Origin: Pecten maximus | Taxonomy: Eukaryota | Assembly: GCF_902652985.1 (NCBI RefSeq) | Contig: NC_047031.1 | Location: 30,070,001-30,134,000 of the forward strand | Direction: 5' to 3' | Length of the DNA: 64,000 nt | In this document: positions 1 through 12,120 of the stretch, in pieces | How positions within the stretch are numbered: position 1 is the first letter of the stretch | How the letters are laid out: each line of letters opens with the position of its first letter | Made by a program: the position numbers and the translations under genes | The notes under the pieces: generated by a model | What the model was told of the DNA's origin: nothing | Seen by the model: only the letters and a program-made list of their open reading frames with translations | The model's database searches: none

Positions 1-150
1 GTTCGAAACCTACGTGGGGCAGTTGGCAGGTACTGATCGTAGTCCGGTAGTTTTTCTCCGGGTACTCTGGCTTTCCTTCACCTCCAAAACCTGGCACGTC
101 CTTAAATGACCCTGGCTGTTAATAGGACGTTAAACAAAAACAAACCAAAG
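1..150 (+). mobile_element. tRNA-derived SINE, 3' part (V-domain-like core)
   Basis: B-box GTTCGAAAC at window start, core TTTCTCCGGGTACTCTGGCTTTCC, then TTAAACAAAAACAAACC tail; same family head at 49620-49718. Confidence 0.7.
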
Positions 151-2276
151 TATGTACATTTCTGTATGTGTTTTATATTATCGATATGTAATCCATTATA
201 AAGTTGTACATGTATGTATGTGTTTTATATTATCTATATGTATTCCATTATAAAGTTGTACATGTATGTATGTAACGTAGTGTATCATAGGATCTGTTGA
301 TGTCTATTATGAAAACATTCCTGTATTGACGCTTGCGGTGATATAGTATATCATTTATAAAAATGCCAAAATTGTCACTGTTTAGTCTGTCACGTTAAAT
401 TCCTGAAAATTAAAACCATTTACCATTTTTGCGGAAGCGCTGGAAGCCGAAAGCTACTTACCTGTCATTTCGAGTACCAGACAGACATTCTTTATTTCGT
501 CATTTACGACAGATAATGTCAATCAAATATTATAAATGTTACATTTCAATTTAAATTGATATAAGTATATTGTTCAACAAACATCAAAGTTAAGGTAATT
601 TGCCCAACTCTCTCACCATTTCCTGCAGATTCACAGACATATTTAACTTACATTTAGTTTCCCCATTCATACTCTTCCAATTGCACATTAGAGCGGTCTC
701 CAAGAAGAATATTACACTGATTTTTGTCGTCTAAGTTTGTGAACAAAATATAGGAGGGAACCATTTCTACATTCACCACAACATCCCTCATTAAATCACG
801 AGATTGAACATGTTTTGGACACTCTAGCAAAAAAAGAAATACGATGTCAGCGCTAGCCTTTCCACATACTTTACAAAGAACAATATCATGCTCAAAGACA
901 AATGGACATTCATTTATGCGATTTTCGTTGTGTACTCTAGTATGGGATTGGTTTTCTGCTTACAATGTAAGAATAGCTAAGTAATTTCCTCTGTTGTCTT
1001 TGTCTCCATTATAAATGAACATCGGGGTGTCCGTGGCACAGCGGTTACACACTTGCCTTTCACATAGGCGGTGCCAACAAAGGGGATTAATATATAAGTT
1101 GATATAACTTGTTTCGCAATTGTTGAAAAATAGACAAAGTTTACATATTTGTCTCCTTTTAAAATAGTTAAAATCTGTCGCAATTTTTTAATAAAGCGCT
1201 TCTACTTCCAGCATGAATTTGGCGGTACAAGTACAGTTCTTAAAAAATCCATTATGAAAGATTATATGTTAAACTCCTTAATGATGTTGAATACCTCTGG
1301 CATAAATTCTATTTGTACATCAAATAGAACATGAACTGACATGATCTTGTGATAAACAATGACTTCCACATAAACTGAGTACTTTCTAGACGCAACTTGT
1401 TTCAATTTTTTTTTCTTTAATTTAATATTTAAATTTCTACCTCACTCCAGATATTTAAAGCTCCTAAACGTTTTAGATGCATCATTACATCGCCAACAAG
1501 CTCTAATTCTTCAATAAATTTATCTGTATAACTGTTCCAAAGTTCGCTCTCATATGACACTGGATGTGTAACAGATTTAATAATGCTAAAACTAGTAGCA
1601 GGATTAAATCCATTAGCATGAATACCAATGTAAATTAGGGAATTTAAAGGCGTGTTTAACAACTGTGAAATGGTTCTAAAACAGTTCCGGGCCTGGAAAT
1701 ATATGATATTAAAAATATCTAGACTGTCCAAGATGCGGAACACATTTCACAGGTCTGTACAAATGTAATATGCGTTGACATCAATACCTGGACAATTGCA
1801 CCGGAAGTGAGGTCATCACAGGTTACGGAAGGTTATTCGACATGTACATGTACAGTAGCTTATCTCCCCCTTGCTTGGCCTAGTTGACCTTGTAAGACAG
1901 AAAAAGTTTATCTGTGCTTTATATAGGCGATGACTTCACAATGCACTTGTAACCAGGAGATAAGGAAGGTATATAGCGATGGGGACCACGGAGGGGAAAT
2001 AATATTAAACGGAAGTGATAAAAATTAGTTGTACTCCGTGATTATGTCGACTAAAATATGAAAAATATTTACGAAAATTACATTTCATCAAAAACATTCG
2101 GAACACATTTCTTAAGATCAATATTTCAAACATAGTTTAATTCGATATCCCTCGGTCTTTGACCCAGAAACGACGCACCGATTCAACTATTGAGTGTTTA
2201 CTACGTCCAGAACCTGCCATGCCGATTACGACCATGTGTCGCTCTACGTCTGATGACCGTCCATACAACCATTAGA

Positions 2277-5200
2277 ATGCATGTCGATATAATTTTAGGA
2301 TCATTTTTATTTTTTTCCATCACAGTTTTAATTGGTGAGTATGCTCCTTTTGATCAATGTTAATCGGTCTTTTGTGTATTGGGTTTAATGTACAGAATGG
2401 TTCACGGAGATTCTCTGACGTAAGGATCCAGTACCTGTTTTAATTACAATGTACTGTACTTATCAAACTAGGAAAGCATCGTTCCTCTCGGATTTTCAAA
2501 CCCGTTTTTTCATGATAACGTTTTCCCAAAGCTAGGCATCTGTGTAGTTTTATGACTGATAACATTGTATGATGACTTACCTAAGCATATGCGAATAAGA
2601 TTAATCGGTTTATAATCCGGTGAGAGTTATATATACATGTATATATATTTTTCAAAGAAGGCAGTTTGATACGAATATTTTCGTTTTAAAGTGATTTTTA
2701 TATGTATATATTCAAAATGTAACAGTATAGTCTAAATTAGAGCTGTCAATCGGACATGTTCTTGTGACGTCACAGGCGACCGTTCTCGGCGAATGAATAT
2801 AGTTTCTTAAAATAAACCCAAAATCAACAATTTTATTTTTTAACATTTTAAGCATTAGGTTCCACTGTGGGTACATTCACCTTTTATACAATGTAACTAC
2901 GTACTTGTTTACAAGTTACGGGCTTTATTAATCCGGTAGCAAGGATTTTCATGACGTCAAAATACATTAACATAATGACGTCATACAAGACATTGATTTT
3001 TCTATTTTGTTTGGTAAGGTTATTTAAGCATTGATGTCATTTTGTTTTAGTTTCATCGGAGTATGAAACAAATTTTGTTTGCAAACTGTATGAATGCGCG
3101 TAGCGGATTCTTACAGAAGTTTGCAAACAAAATTTGTTTCATACCCCGATGAAACTAAAACAAAATTGACATCAACGCTTATAACTAATTTTTGAAAATT
3201 ATTTTCTAATTCAAAACATGTTTTGTGTACAATTTTACTGGTTTTAAATGGGATTCTTTTTTTCTCAAATCAATACGCAACGTCGATTGTCGTATTGTGA
3301 CGTCACATTTTTCAAGCCATTCTCGGAATTTCTTTATAGAAGAATGAAAAGAATTTTTCGACCAATCACATTTGAGTATTTACCATGAAAACAATTTTTT
3401 TTTAATTATATGTAGATACAACGTCACTGTTTTGTCATTTTAATTGTCAATAGAAGAATGTAAGGCAAACAATCTTTTCGGGGTTGTTTTATTTCATCAA
3501 AATTAAGCAAATCAAACAAAAAATGCAAATTATCTCGAAAGATGATATTATTGAAGAATTTTGTTATTGCTTGAACGTTTGTACAGTGTTAATAAGTATC
3601 ATTTACATTTGAAAATTGTTTTCTCAGTTTTAAAAACTAATACAAAATATGAAATAATAACTACAATTTTGTAGTCGAAAACCTTTTTCCAGAATCTGTG
3701 AGTACCATTTGAGTTTGTTTAGCATACTGGATATTCCCAAAGCATTAATACATCCCAGCTTAAAATATGTTAACACTGATTTTGACCTTAACCTTGACCC
3801 AAAAATATCTGAAACTCAAATTTGTCAAAGATATCATGATCATTTATAATTGTGCGAAGTTTTATCAAAATCCCTCGAGGAATGAAGCCGCTGGAGTGCT
3901 GACAAACCTTGGCGTCCCCCGGTATTTCACCGTACGGAACTAATAACTCCAACGTGTAATCAACGCATAGCAAGAAAACTGTCAATATTTCGAGTATGTA
4001 AAATCAGAAGTACACGAACTTTTTTTTTTTCTTTTTTTTTTTTAATTATTATTATTTCGTTTCAACCAACAGAGTGTTACCCTGAGAGGAGATTCCTGGT
4101 CTCGTCGCCTGATAAACAAAGGCTGTTTTGTTTCCCGCCCATCACCTACTGTCATTTACATTGTACTAACGGGTATATAAACACACCAAATGGCTGTCCA
4201 GTTTGTCAGTGTCGCTCTGCATCCCAAGGTAAATATGTTCATGATTTATATACATATGTAACAGGAAAGGAGAAAATGTAGCGGCCAGACCGGGGTTCGA
4301 ACCCGGGACCTCCGAACACTAGCCGGATGCTCTACCAATTGAACTACCGGGTCACCCATGATCGACCCAGTCCAGTCCCGCTACACATATATTAACATCT
4401 CTCCCTTCTTCAGCTTTGTAAACTCTCACTGCGAATATATTAGCATATACGCGGTGAAAAAAGGCTCGGCGGATTAAAAAGCGCGGGAATCGGAATAAAA
4501 TTATGACGTCGTCTATTTGTGACGTTACCGGAACATGAACTAGACGGTGCCATCTTGAAAGGACTGATCAACGCAATTTTAGCGTGTTCTCCTGTTACCC
4601 GATGATCTCTGAACAAAAATCTAACGTCAAGTGAGTATTTCAGTTTAGGTTTTGACAAAATACTCACTTGCCGAGTTATTTCATATCGCACAAATGTAAG
4701 AGAAATAAACGAAATTTATTTCCCTATATAGGCAAATTTTGATTTGGACGGTAATCGTTCATAGTCATTGAAACGTCATTTACATATTACATCGATTGAT
4801 AGTATTGCGATGAACTTACCAGGTAATGATCAGTGCTCACGTTTATACAACCAGCATCCTAAAGCCAAGAGCTAATAGGTACAGATAATTGAAAACATAC
4901 CTGTATTGAAGATTATTTTGACACTTATTCCGCATATTCGCTGATGAATGATAATCCATTGTTGTGTACGGATATAAAATTACGATCTCTCTGGAATGCG
5001 GAATATTATGCGTTATATCAACCAACGAGGTAATAAATTAGTGTATTAAATTTTGACGTTTTCATGTCAGGCGCAAAATAAGCCAAAACATAGCCTTATT
5101 TAAAGTATGTCGATTTTTCTTTGGCCCTATGACATGACATGACATGACAGAGCAAGTTATAGTTTTTTTTCCGAAGGTAAAAACTTTTTTTTAATAAAGA

Positions 5201-8200
5201 CTGGTTAACATTTCAGAACCTTTGTCGGCTTCGTCGTCTGTCAATAGATTATATACATCTGAAATAAATTACAGTGTGTATATGTCATTGACATAAATTT
5301 AGCATGAATAGAACACTTCTTATCACACAACTTGCCCCTTCTACCATTTAATACGGCTATGTCATAGCATAATTGTGACGTCATAAGTACGGTATGATGT
5401 CGCAATAACTATTTGACGTCGCATGGTTGTCTCTGTGGAGAAATAATTACCATCCAAGTCGGAATTCGTTTGGAATATATCGAAATTGATTTGAGAGTTT
5501 TAGCTTCTATTATCATAGATACGAGTTAAATGATAAACAGAATCTTATACTGGTGACTTTCTTATATGAAATTCTTAAAGCTTCTAAACGCCCATGACAA
5601 ATAAATCCTAACTTCACATGACAAAGCTTCTTATGTAAAATCCTCCATTTTGGGGGTGTTAGGTATGATAAAAGACAAAATTAATACTGTACATCTTAAA
5701 TCCTAAATGCAGCTGCATCGTTTATGTCGACCTTTCAGATATATATTCAACGTTTTCTTCCTCTGTAGGTGTTACTGCTAGTTCAATACCACTCCGTCCA
5801 CAGGCCCCTCAAAGTTATGTTCCAAATTCACAATCATCCGGCTCACTATCATCTGGGCCGTTTACATCCGGGTCACTAACATCCGGGTACAACATGTTCA
5901 CCAACCCGTGCCAGCCACAACATATGTTCTGCTCACTAACGTGTCCACATGGCTTCCTTACCGGAAATAACGGTTGTCACTTCTGCTTCTGCGCATCAGC
6001 ACCCCAAGGTAAACTTCCTGTTAGTAGTGTTGATACAGGAAATTATAAATACGAATATCAATATAGGAAAAGGTTTACTTCCGGTAGAGATATGATTCTT
6101 CGCACTTATAAAATTAAGTAGGGAGTAACTTATGATCTTTCGTTATTGTTCAAAAGTTTGAAGATAACACTACAGAACACAATCAGATTAGTATAGTGTA
6201 TATGAAATTGTCAAGAGCGGGTCTAAAATATTCTTTTTTGACTTGAAATTTTAAAAATGGCAATTATACGAAGATTTCAAGAAGAATTCCATAAAAAGTA
6301 ATAATAGAGCTATAACAATCAATCGATTCCAGGTTGGTCACACAACTTTACCAGAAACAGCAAACCAGTAGCCATATTGAGCATTGCTTAATCCATAAAA
6401 AGCGTAACTGGCAACCATTCTTTCAACAGTCTTATTTAGCCTATATAAGCTTATGCAGTTTCGGCTTCATTGTATTTTATATGTGTATGCATATAACAAA
6501 TTCCCCGAAGATGAAACATAAAGGTACTAATATGAAATAGGCCACGGCTTCTATATCATGTAGCAGGAACAATAGCGCCACTCACAACTACATCCGGGCC
6601 ACTCAGTAACCTAGACAACCCATGCGTGGCCAGTCAACAACACTGCGGACTTGTGTGTAAATATGGTTATTTGAAGGGCCCCTCCAACTGTAACTATTGT
6701 CTGTGCGCCCCTCCTGGCCTCGTTTACACCTTCAATACCACAGGTAACACGTGACTTGTAATATTCGAGTATCTTATTTGAATTTGCAATATTATTCTTT
6801 TTATCTTTGGTATAATTTACGGCGATCGCTGTTACAAACAATTGTACATGTATTCCCCCTGTTATGGTTGTATCGTCGGCATCAAAGATTGATGATCATG
6901 ATTAAAGGGCATGAACAATTGGTGCGTGGGAGGGTTATTTATTTATTTATTTAGTTATTTATCCATTTATTTATTTCTATATATTCAATCTGCCTTTGAT
7001 ATTATTCTTTATTGCTTTATTGTTATGTTTGACAATTTGAAATAACAAGGATTCGCTTTCTGATTTTGAATATTGTAATATTTTTTTCTGACTCAACGAT
7101 CATCTAATTTCAGTCAGTTTAACTTCGACAATTCCAACCACGAGCCCGACCCCTTCGGGCGTCATCCTGCCCGACCCCTGTATTCCGAATCAACCCATTT
7201 GCGCAATGACATGCGCGAACGGATTCGTAAAAGGACCACAAGACTGTCAGTACTGCTTGTGTGCGCCCTCTACCACCGTTACCACTACTACCATCAGTAT
7301 TACGACAAACCGAACGGCTCAAGCAAAACGTAAAACTATGGATGTTTGCATTGGTCATGTAATTGAAACTATACTCTGGTTTATTAGAAAAAGAAAAGTT
7401 AATTATTACATTTGTATATCTAAATTCGCACATAGCATTCCGTCTCTTCGCGTCAAGGTACATTTGTATAACTGAATATGTGATTAAGTTTATCAAGATT
7501 TCGTGACAATCGTTTATAAAATTGAACTCCGAAAAGCGAAAGCGCTAAAATTATATTTATACTTTAGCAAAAGTGACCTAATTTTATCAGAGCGGTTAAT
7601 AAATGAACTCTTGCAAGAAGGACAGCTGTAAAGAATAAAGTTTGAATGTTTATTTCTGGTAGTTTTTTATCCCTCAATATTTGTCTCTTTTACACAGCAG
7701 CGCCTAGTCATGATTCACACAAGAATTCCTCCATGACGTCACTTCCTGTACCAAGCACTGTCAGTCCCGACGTAGCGAACGAGTGTATCATAGCGACGAC
7801 TATCTGCCAGCTCAAGTGTTCAGGGGGGTTTATGACGGACCCACAACACTGCACCTTCTGTGTATGTAAGGACGAAATGTATAACAAAAGTAAGTCTAAA
7901 CAGACGGAAATACACGATTAAGTATAAAGCATTAAAATGATATTTCTATTTTTTATCTGTTACCACGTTTACAATGTACTTAAACTCAAGATGACAATTT
8001 AAATTAATTGAATTTTAAAGTTGGATAAACATGATGAAGAAACTTCAAGTTCAGTTTCAAATCGAAGAAGCAACTACAATGAATGGTGACGTCACGATTG
8101 TAAAAATAGTAATGAACTAATCAGAAATAGAGGTATGATTTAAGTTATCAAATTATTTTATATTTAAAGCCGGGATCCCTAAGTCTGATGAGCCGATGAT

Positions 8201-8309
8201 CCTGCTTCAGAATCCGTGTGTAGAGGGAATGGATACTTGTAGGATTTTCTGTATGGCCGGCTACCTCCGAGGACCAAAGAACTGCCAGTATTGCGCATGT
8301 CGACATTAA
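2277..8309 (+). CDS. Secreted antistasin-like cysteine-rich protein, 6 domains, 7 exons
   Basis: Exons 2277-2334 (MHVDIILGSFLFFSITVLI signal peptide), 4073-4228, 5769-6008, 6567-6743, 7114-7329, 7698-7889, 8170-8309(TAA). All introns GT-AG, phase 1, frame continuous. Exons 2-7 each hold C-x6-C-x3-C-x2-G[FY]-x5-C-x2-C-x-C with S/T/P-rich linkers. Confidence 0.85.
3026..3181. repeat. Palindromic MITE-like inverted repeat
   Basis: ~60-bp arms TAAGCATTGATGTC...TTTGCAAACT / AGTTTGCAAA...GACATCAACGCTTA around a short hairpin centre. Confidence 0.6.
4257..4385 (-). mobile_element. Solo LTR containing a tRNA-like sequence (Helenus-like TRIM, second family)
   Basis: TGTA...TACA termini; 4-bp TSD CATA (4253-4256, 4386-4389); minus strand has A box TAGTTCAATTGG, loop CTAGTGT and B box GGTTCGAACCC. 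Confidence 0.75.
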
Positions 8310-8649
8310 ACACAAGAACGTGTTTCCGCTTCCGGTTATATTTATAATACATTTTTAGAGCAGAATATTTGTATACAGAGAACTTTTCTGATATCGTACA
8401 TATCTCAGTTAAACAGTCGATAGCCGAAAATGTTATTGGAAAGGTACTTAGAACGATGTAGTGATACTTTATTTATTACGACGGTAAAGGTTTTTATAAA
8501 AATTTAAAGTCTTGTAGTTTTTATGTTGTTTTTAGTGTTTTGGTTTTGAGAACAGCTGATACTTTCCCGGAGAGCATGAAATAATCTCAGAAGTTTCCGG
8601 GAATACACGAAGATGGGTTAATGGTAAAGAATGAAACAGCATAGGTATA

Positions 8650-9140
8650 TGTAACCCTGGTAAATACTAGCCGCAATATACCGCTCGGCTAGGGAGATCT
8701 TCTCTTTAGCTCGATCGGTTGAGCGTAAGACTAATAAACCAGAGGTCCCGGGTTCGACCCCTAGCGGAGGCAGTGATTTAAATTCAATTAATCATGCGCT
8801 CTGTTACATTGGCGCCCATGTAGGGACTCGGGAATGATACTCATCGCTGCTTGCGAAAGCATCGCTGTTACCCCTGGAAAACTCGAGGACGAGTTCTTTC
8901 CTGGAGGGGGAGTATGTAACCCTGGTAAATACTAGCCGCAATATACCGCTCGGCTAGGGAGATCTTCTCTTTAGCTCGATCGGTTGAGCGTTAGACTAGT
9001 AAGCCAGGGGTCCCGGGTTCGATCCCTAGCGGAGGCAGTGATTTAAATTTAATTAATCATGCGCTCTGTTACATTGGCGCCCATGTAGGGACTCGGGAAT
9101 GATACTCATCGCTGCTTGCGAAAGCATCGCTGTTACCCCT
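8650..9140 (+). repeat. Left TRIM block: LTR-A, internal, LTR-B, PBS and partial internal
   Basis: 265-bp period direct repeat. Confidence 0.9.
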
Positions 9141-10092
9141 TATTACCTAAAGTATCCAACTTTTCCAACAACAACTCCATTTTGGTATTCATGTCTTTTT
9201 CAAGAGCATGAAACCTTTCCTCTAATGACTTACATTCAGAACTGGTCACCGACTCACTTTGCACTGCATGCTGTCGGGCCTTAACTCCCTTAGAGGTTGA
9301 AGAAGATGCACTGTCCTTAGAAACAGTGTTCTGTAAGTTGATCTCTTTATCAACCATCCTAATCTCTCTAAGGAGTAGGTCAAAATCTTTGATGGTATCA
9401 TATTTGTGCCTTGTCTGACTTTTTAACCTGTCAGATGACAAAGAGGTCCAAAATTTGTGACGCAGAAGCTCACTTTTTGAGAATGGATCCAAATATCCAT
9501 GTTCTACTGCAACATGCAACATGGACTCAAGGCGACAACCAAAATCTGTTACAGACTCATCAGGCTTTTGAAAAGAATTAAAAAACTCCTGCATTATCAT
9601 GCCATTAGTACTTACATCCCCGAAGAAGTTGTCTAGCTTGGAGAGTACTAAGGTGAGGTCTGGGCTATTTCCCAACGACATCAGCCTCCGACGTGCTGTG
9701 CCGCGCAATGATCTGCGAATCGCCTGAGACAAAAGACTGTCCGTAATTTCTGGGTCGTCTGTGAGGCACTGAACCTCAAAACGCCATTCCCTATAGGAAA
9801 CATCCCCCTTAACCGGAGGATCTTCCCCCGAAAATTGAGGTATCTTGGGAACCTCTCGAGCTTTCACCAAATAGCTCTCATTATTGTCAAGGTCTGGCTC
9901 ACCCCTACAGTAACCAGTATAGGGAGTACTGGTTCCAACAAAACCATCACCAAAACCAGGGATTTTCTCCTTTTTGGGAGTAATATCATATTTCCCTGTG
10001 GCACTCAGAGTTTTAATCATTTCCATTTCTGACATGGTGATGTTCTTGCCATCTGGTTTGTCATTAGCAACAGCTTGCTCATTATCAGTCAT
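9133..10092 (-). CDS. Ty3/Gypsy Gag (PNMA-like capsid), C-terminally truncated
   Basis: PKIPQFSGE..KGDVSYREWRFEV, AIRRSLRGTA, FFNSFQKPDESVTDFGCRLE motifs; no zinc knuckle; stop codon supplied by TRIM internal sequence. Confidence 0.85.
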   Translation of the reverse strand: MTDNEQAVANDKPDGKNITMSEMEMIKTLSATGKYDITPKKEKIPGFGDGFVGTSTPYTGYCRGEPDLDNNESYLVKAREVPKIPQFSGEDPPVKGDVSYREWRFEVQCLTDDPEITDSLLSQAIRRSLRGTARRRLMSLGNSPDLTLVLSKLDNFFGDVSTNGMIMQEFFNSFQKPDESVTDFGCRLESMLHVAVEHGYLDPFSKSELLRHKFWTSLSSDRLKSQTRHKYDTIKDFDLLLREIRMVDKEINLQNTVSKDSASSSTSKGVKARQHAVQSESVTSSECKSLEERFHALEKDMNTKMELLLEKLDTLGNKG

Positions 10093-10353
10093 GCTTACAA
10101 TTACAAATTTAAATAAGATATACCAGTGTAAAACTATAGCACTATAAAATCAACAGTGATAATATACCTACACCCAACACCAGTAAATGATGACCGAGTT
10201 GACCAAGTGATTGGGGATCCCCTACCTACAAGGCACTCGACACCGGGCACCGGTAATAAGTGACGTAGTACATAACACTGAACAAAATATCTACATGTAT
10301 TTAAGAATGGAAACAAATATATGACAGTGAATGGCGTAAATTAAATAATCAGT

Positions 10354-11106
10354 TTACACACAAACTGTCAAAACCGATACAATAAACTTTTTTAGCCAGC
10401 AACGAGCTAACAAAGCCCCAGGATGAATACCATCCTTGTACAGTTTAAAATTGACAGACACCCTATAACTCCCCTGGGCCTTTGTTTTTCTGTACCTGAG
10501 GAGGTCAACTCTCAACAAAGGAGAGGTTACCCCCAAGTCGAAATTCAACGATTTGAGGAAATCATTCAGGAACAAAAGCTGTTCCCTGAGACTAACTTCT
10601 TGATCCTGAAATGACTCAGGCTCAGAATGACCTTTATAACGATTCCACTCTATGATAGAATAGGGTGGTATCTCCACAAATACTAACCTCACAGAGGGAT
10701 ACAAAGAGATAAATTTCTTGAACTCTGTTATATAGTAAAACAAATATGATTGGGCACTCTCAAAAGTTGTGTGACGTAACTCAATAAATGGGCCACGCTT
10801 AGTTGTCAGGTCGCAAGTACCTAACCACACATAGAGAGTAATATGACTGTGTAACTGTACAAGTTTGGGAATATTCCTATGTAGCCAAGGTAGATAATCC
10901 GCAAACCTAGCACCAGCTTTTGAAACAATTTCGAGATCTACACCCAAATTCCTAGCAATATCTAAATTTCTACTCAAAGAAAACCCTTTGCTAGAAGTTA
11001 TTATAATAGGCTTACTGACTAGTTTTACATTTTTACAGTCAATAGGTTTCTCAATATATTTCTGTAATTTTGAATTCATACCAAAGCTGAAATAAATATT
11101 GTACAC
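10354..11106 (-). CDS. SGNH/GDSL hydrolase-like ORF of the Gypsy fragment
   Basis: Block I-like IIITSSKG, block II SKAGA, block III VWLGTCDL, block V DGIHP; intronless, upstream of gag; true start uncertain. Confidence 0.75.
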   Translation of the reverse strand: MYNIYFSFGMNSKLQKYIEKPIDCKNVKLVSKPIIITSSKGFSLSRNLDIARNLGVDLEIVSKAGARFADYLPWLHRNIPKLVQLHSHITLYVWLGTCDLTTKRGPFIELRHTTFESAQSYLFYYITEFKKFISLYPSVRLVFVEIPPYSIIEWNRYKGHSEPESFQDQEVSLREQLLFLNDFLKSLNFDLGVTSPLLRVDLLRYRKTKAQGSYRVSVNFKLYKDGIHPGALLARCWLKKFIVSVLTVCV

Positions 11107-11253
11107 AAGTTACTCACATGCCAATCTTCATACTTTACTGTACTTAAATATTAAACTGTACACTGACTGCAACCAGCCCCTGCCAAACTGGTACCTGGCT
11201 GAAAATCAATACATACTTGTAACTTATCTGTACTGAATGCATATAATCTACAC

Positions 11254-11857
11254 CACAGGTCCTAGCCTCGTCTGTCAATACACCCAATATATAATCAAGG
11301 TCAATAACTCGATCGGCATAGATAACCCACCTAATTTCAGGAAAATTGTAATTGTAGACAAACCATCGAAGATGTGCCGCTGGTAATGGTCTCAATCGAC
11401 AGACAAATGTCCCCCCTTTAATTTGGTATATAATTCACTATATATATAGTCATAGAACTATCACTAGACGTCACAAAACATCGAAAATTAGTCAGATTTT
11501 ATTTAGTCGGACACTCATCTGTCCAGCGAATAACACGAAATGTCTCTAGAGAGTAGCTTCAACAGTACCGCATGTCAGCACTCCAGTCTCTAAACGATGA
11601 AACTTAGGCAGGAAACAAACTTACTTGCACATGTGTTCCTATCTAAAAATTACCCTGTTGCTCGCCTCTGGCTTTTGTTGATAACGCATCGCTGATTTTA
11701 TGCCTGAAGCCGCCATGTTTTCCGCTGTGTAAGAAGTTGTTATCTCAACGCTGATTGGTTCGTTATTTTCAGGTAATTCGACCTTCACATTCGCTAATTC
11801 TCTCGAAACTCTCGGGGTTTTTCATATCACAATCGCTAAACGGAAATCGTATCCGAA
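11254..11857 (+). repeat. Left terminal inverted repeat (604 bp)
   Basis: Reverse complement of 26630-27234. Confidence 0.95.
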
Positions 11858-12120
11858 TTATAACAACAAACAAGCAGAAGCAGAGCAGCATGTGCGATTT
11901 GTATTTCCCATCACTCTACAGGTTTATCAACTTCAAATACGAAATAATTTGTCATAAATCATGACTTTGTATATGTAAAGTACAAAATGTTAGCATCCTT
12001 ACAGTGGAAAAGGTAAGATGCATCGTAAAAACACCTTTTAGTAGCACGGTGCATCTACTGTCCGTGATCTAAATACAATGTATATAGATTTGTACTGTGA
12101 CATGCACACTGTTCTCAAAA

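Noticed and set aside
8700-8770. Genuine tRNA genes (also 8965-9035, 28015-28085, 28280-28350, 4280-4350)
   Set aside because: A/B boxes present but anticodon stem is poorly paired, and they sit inside TG..CA LTRs with PBS/PPT or TSD
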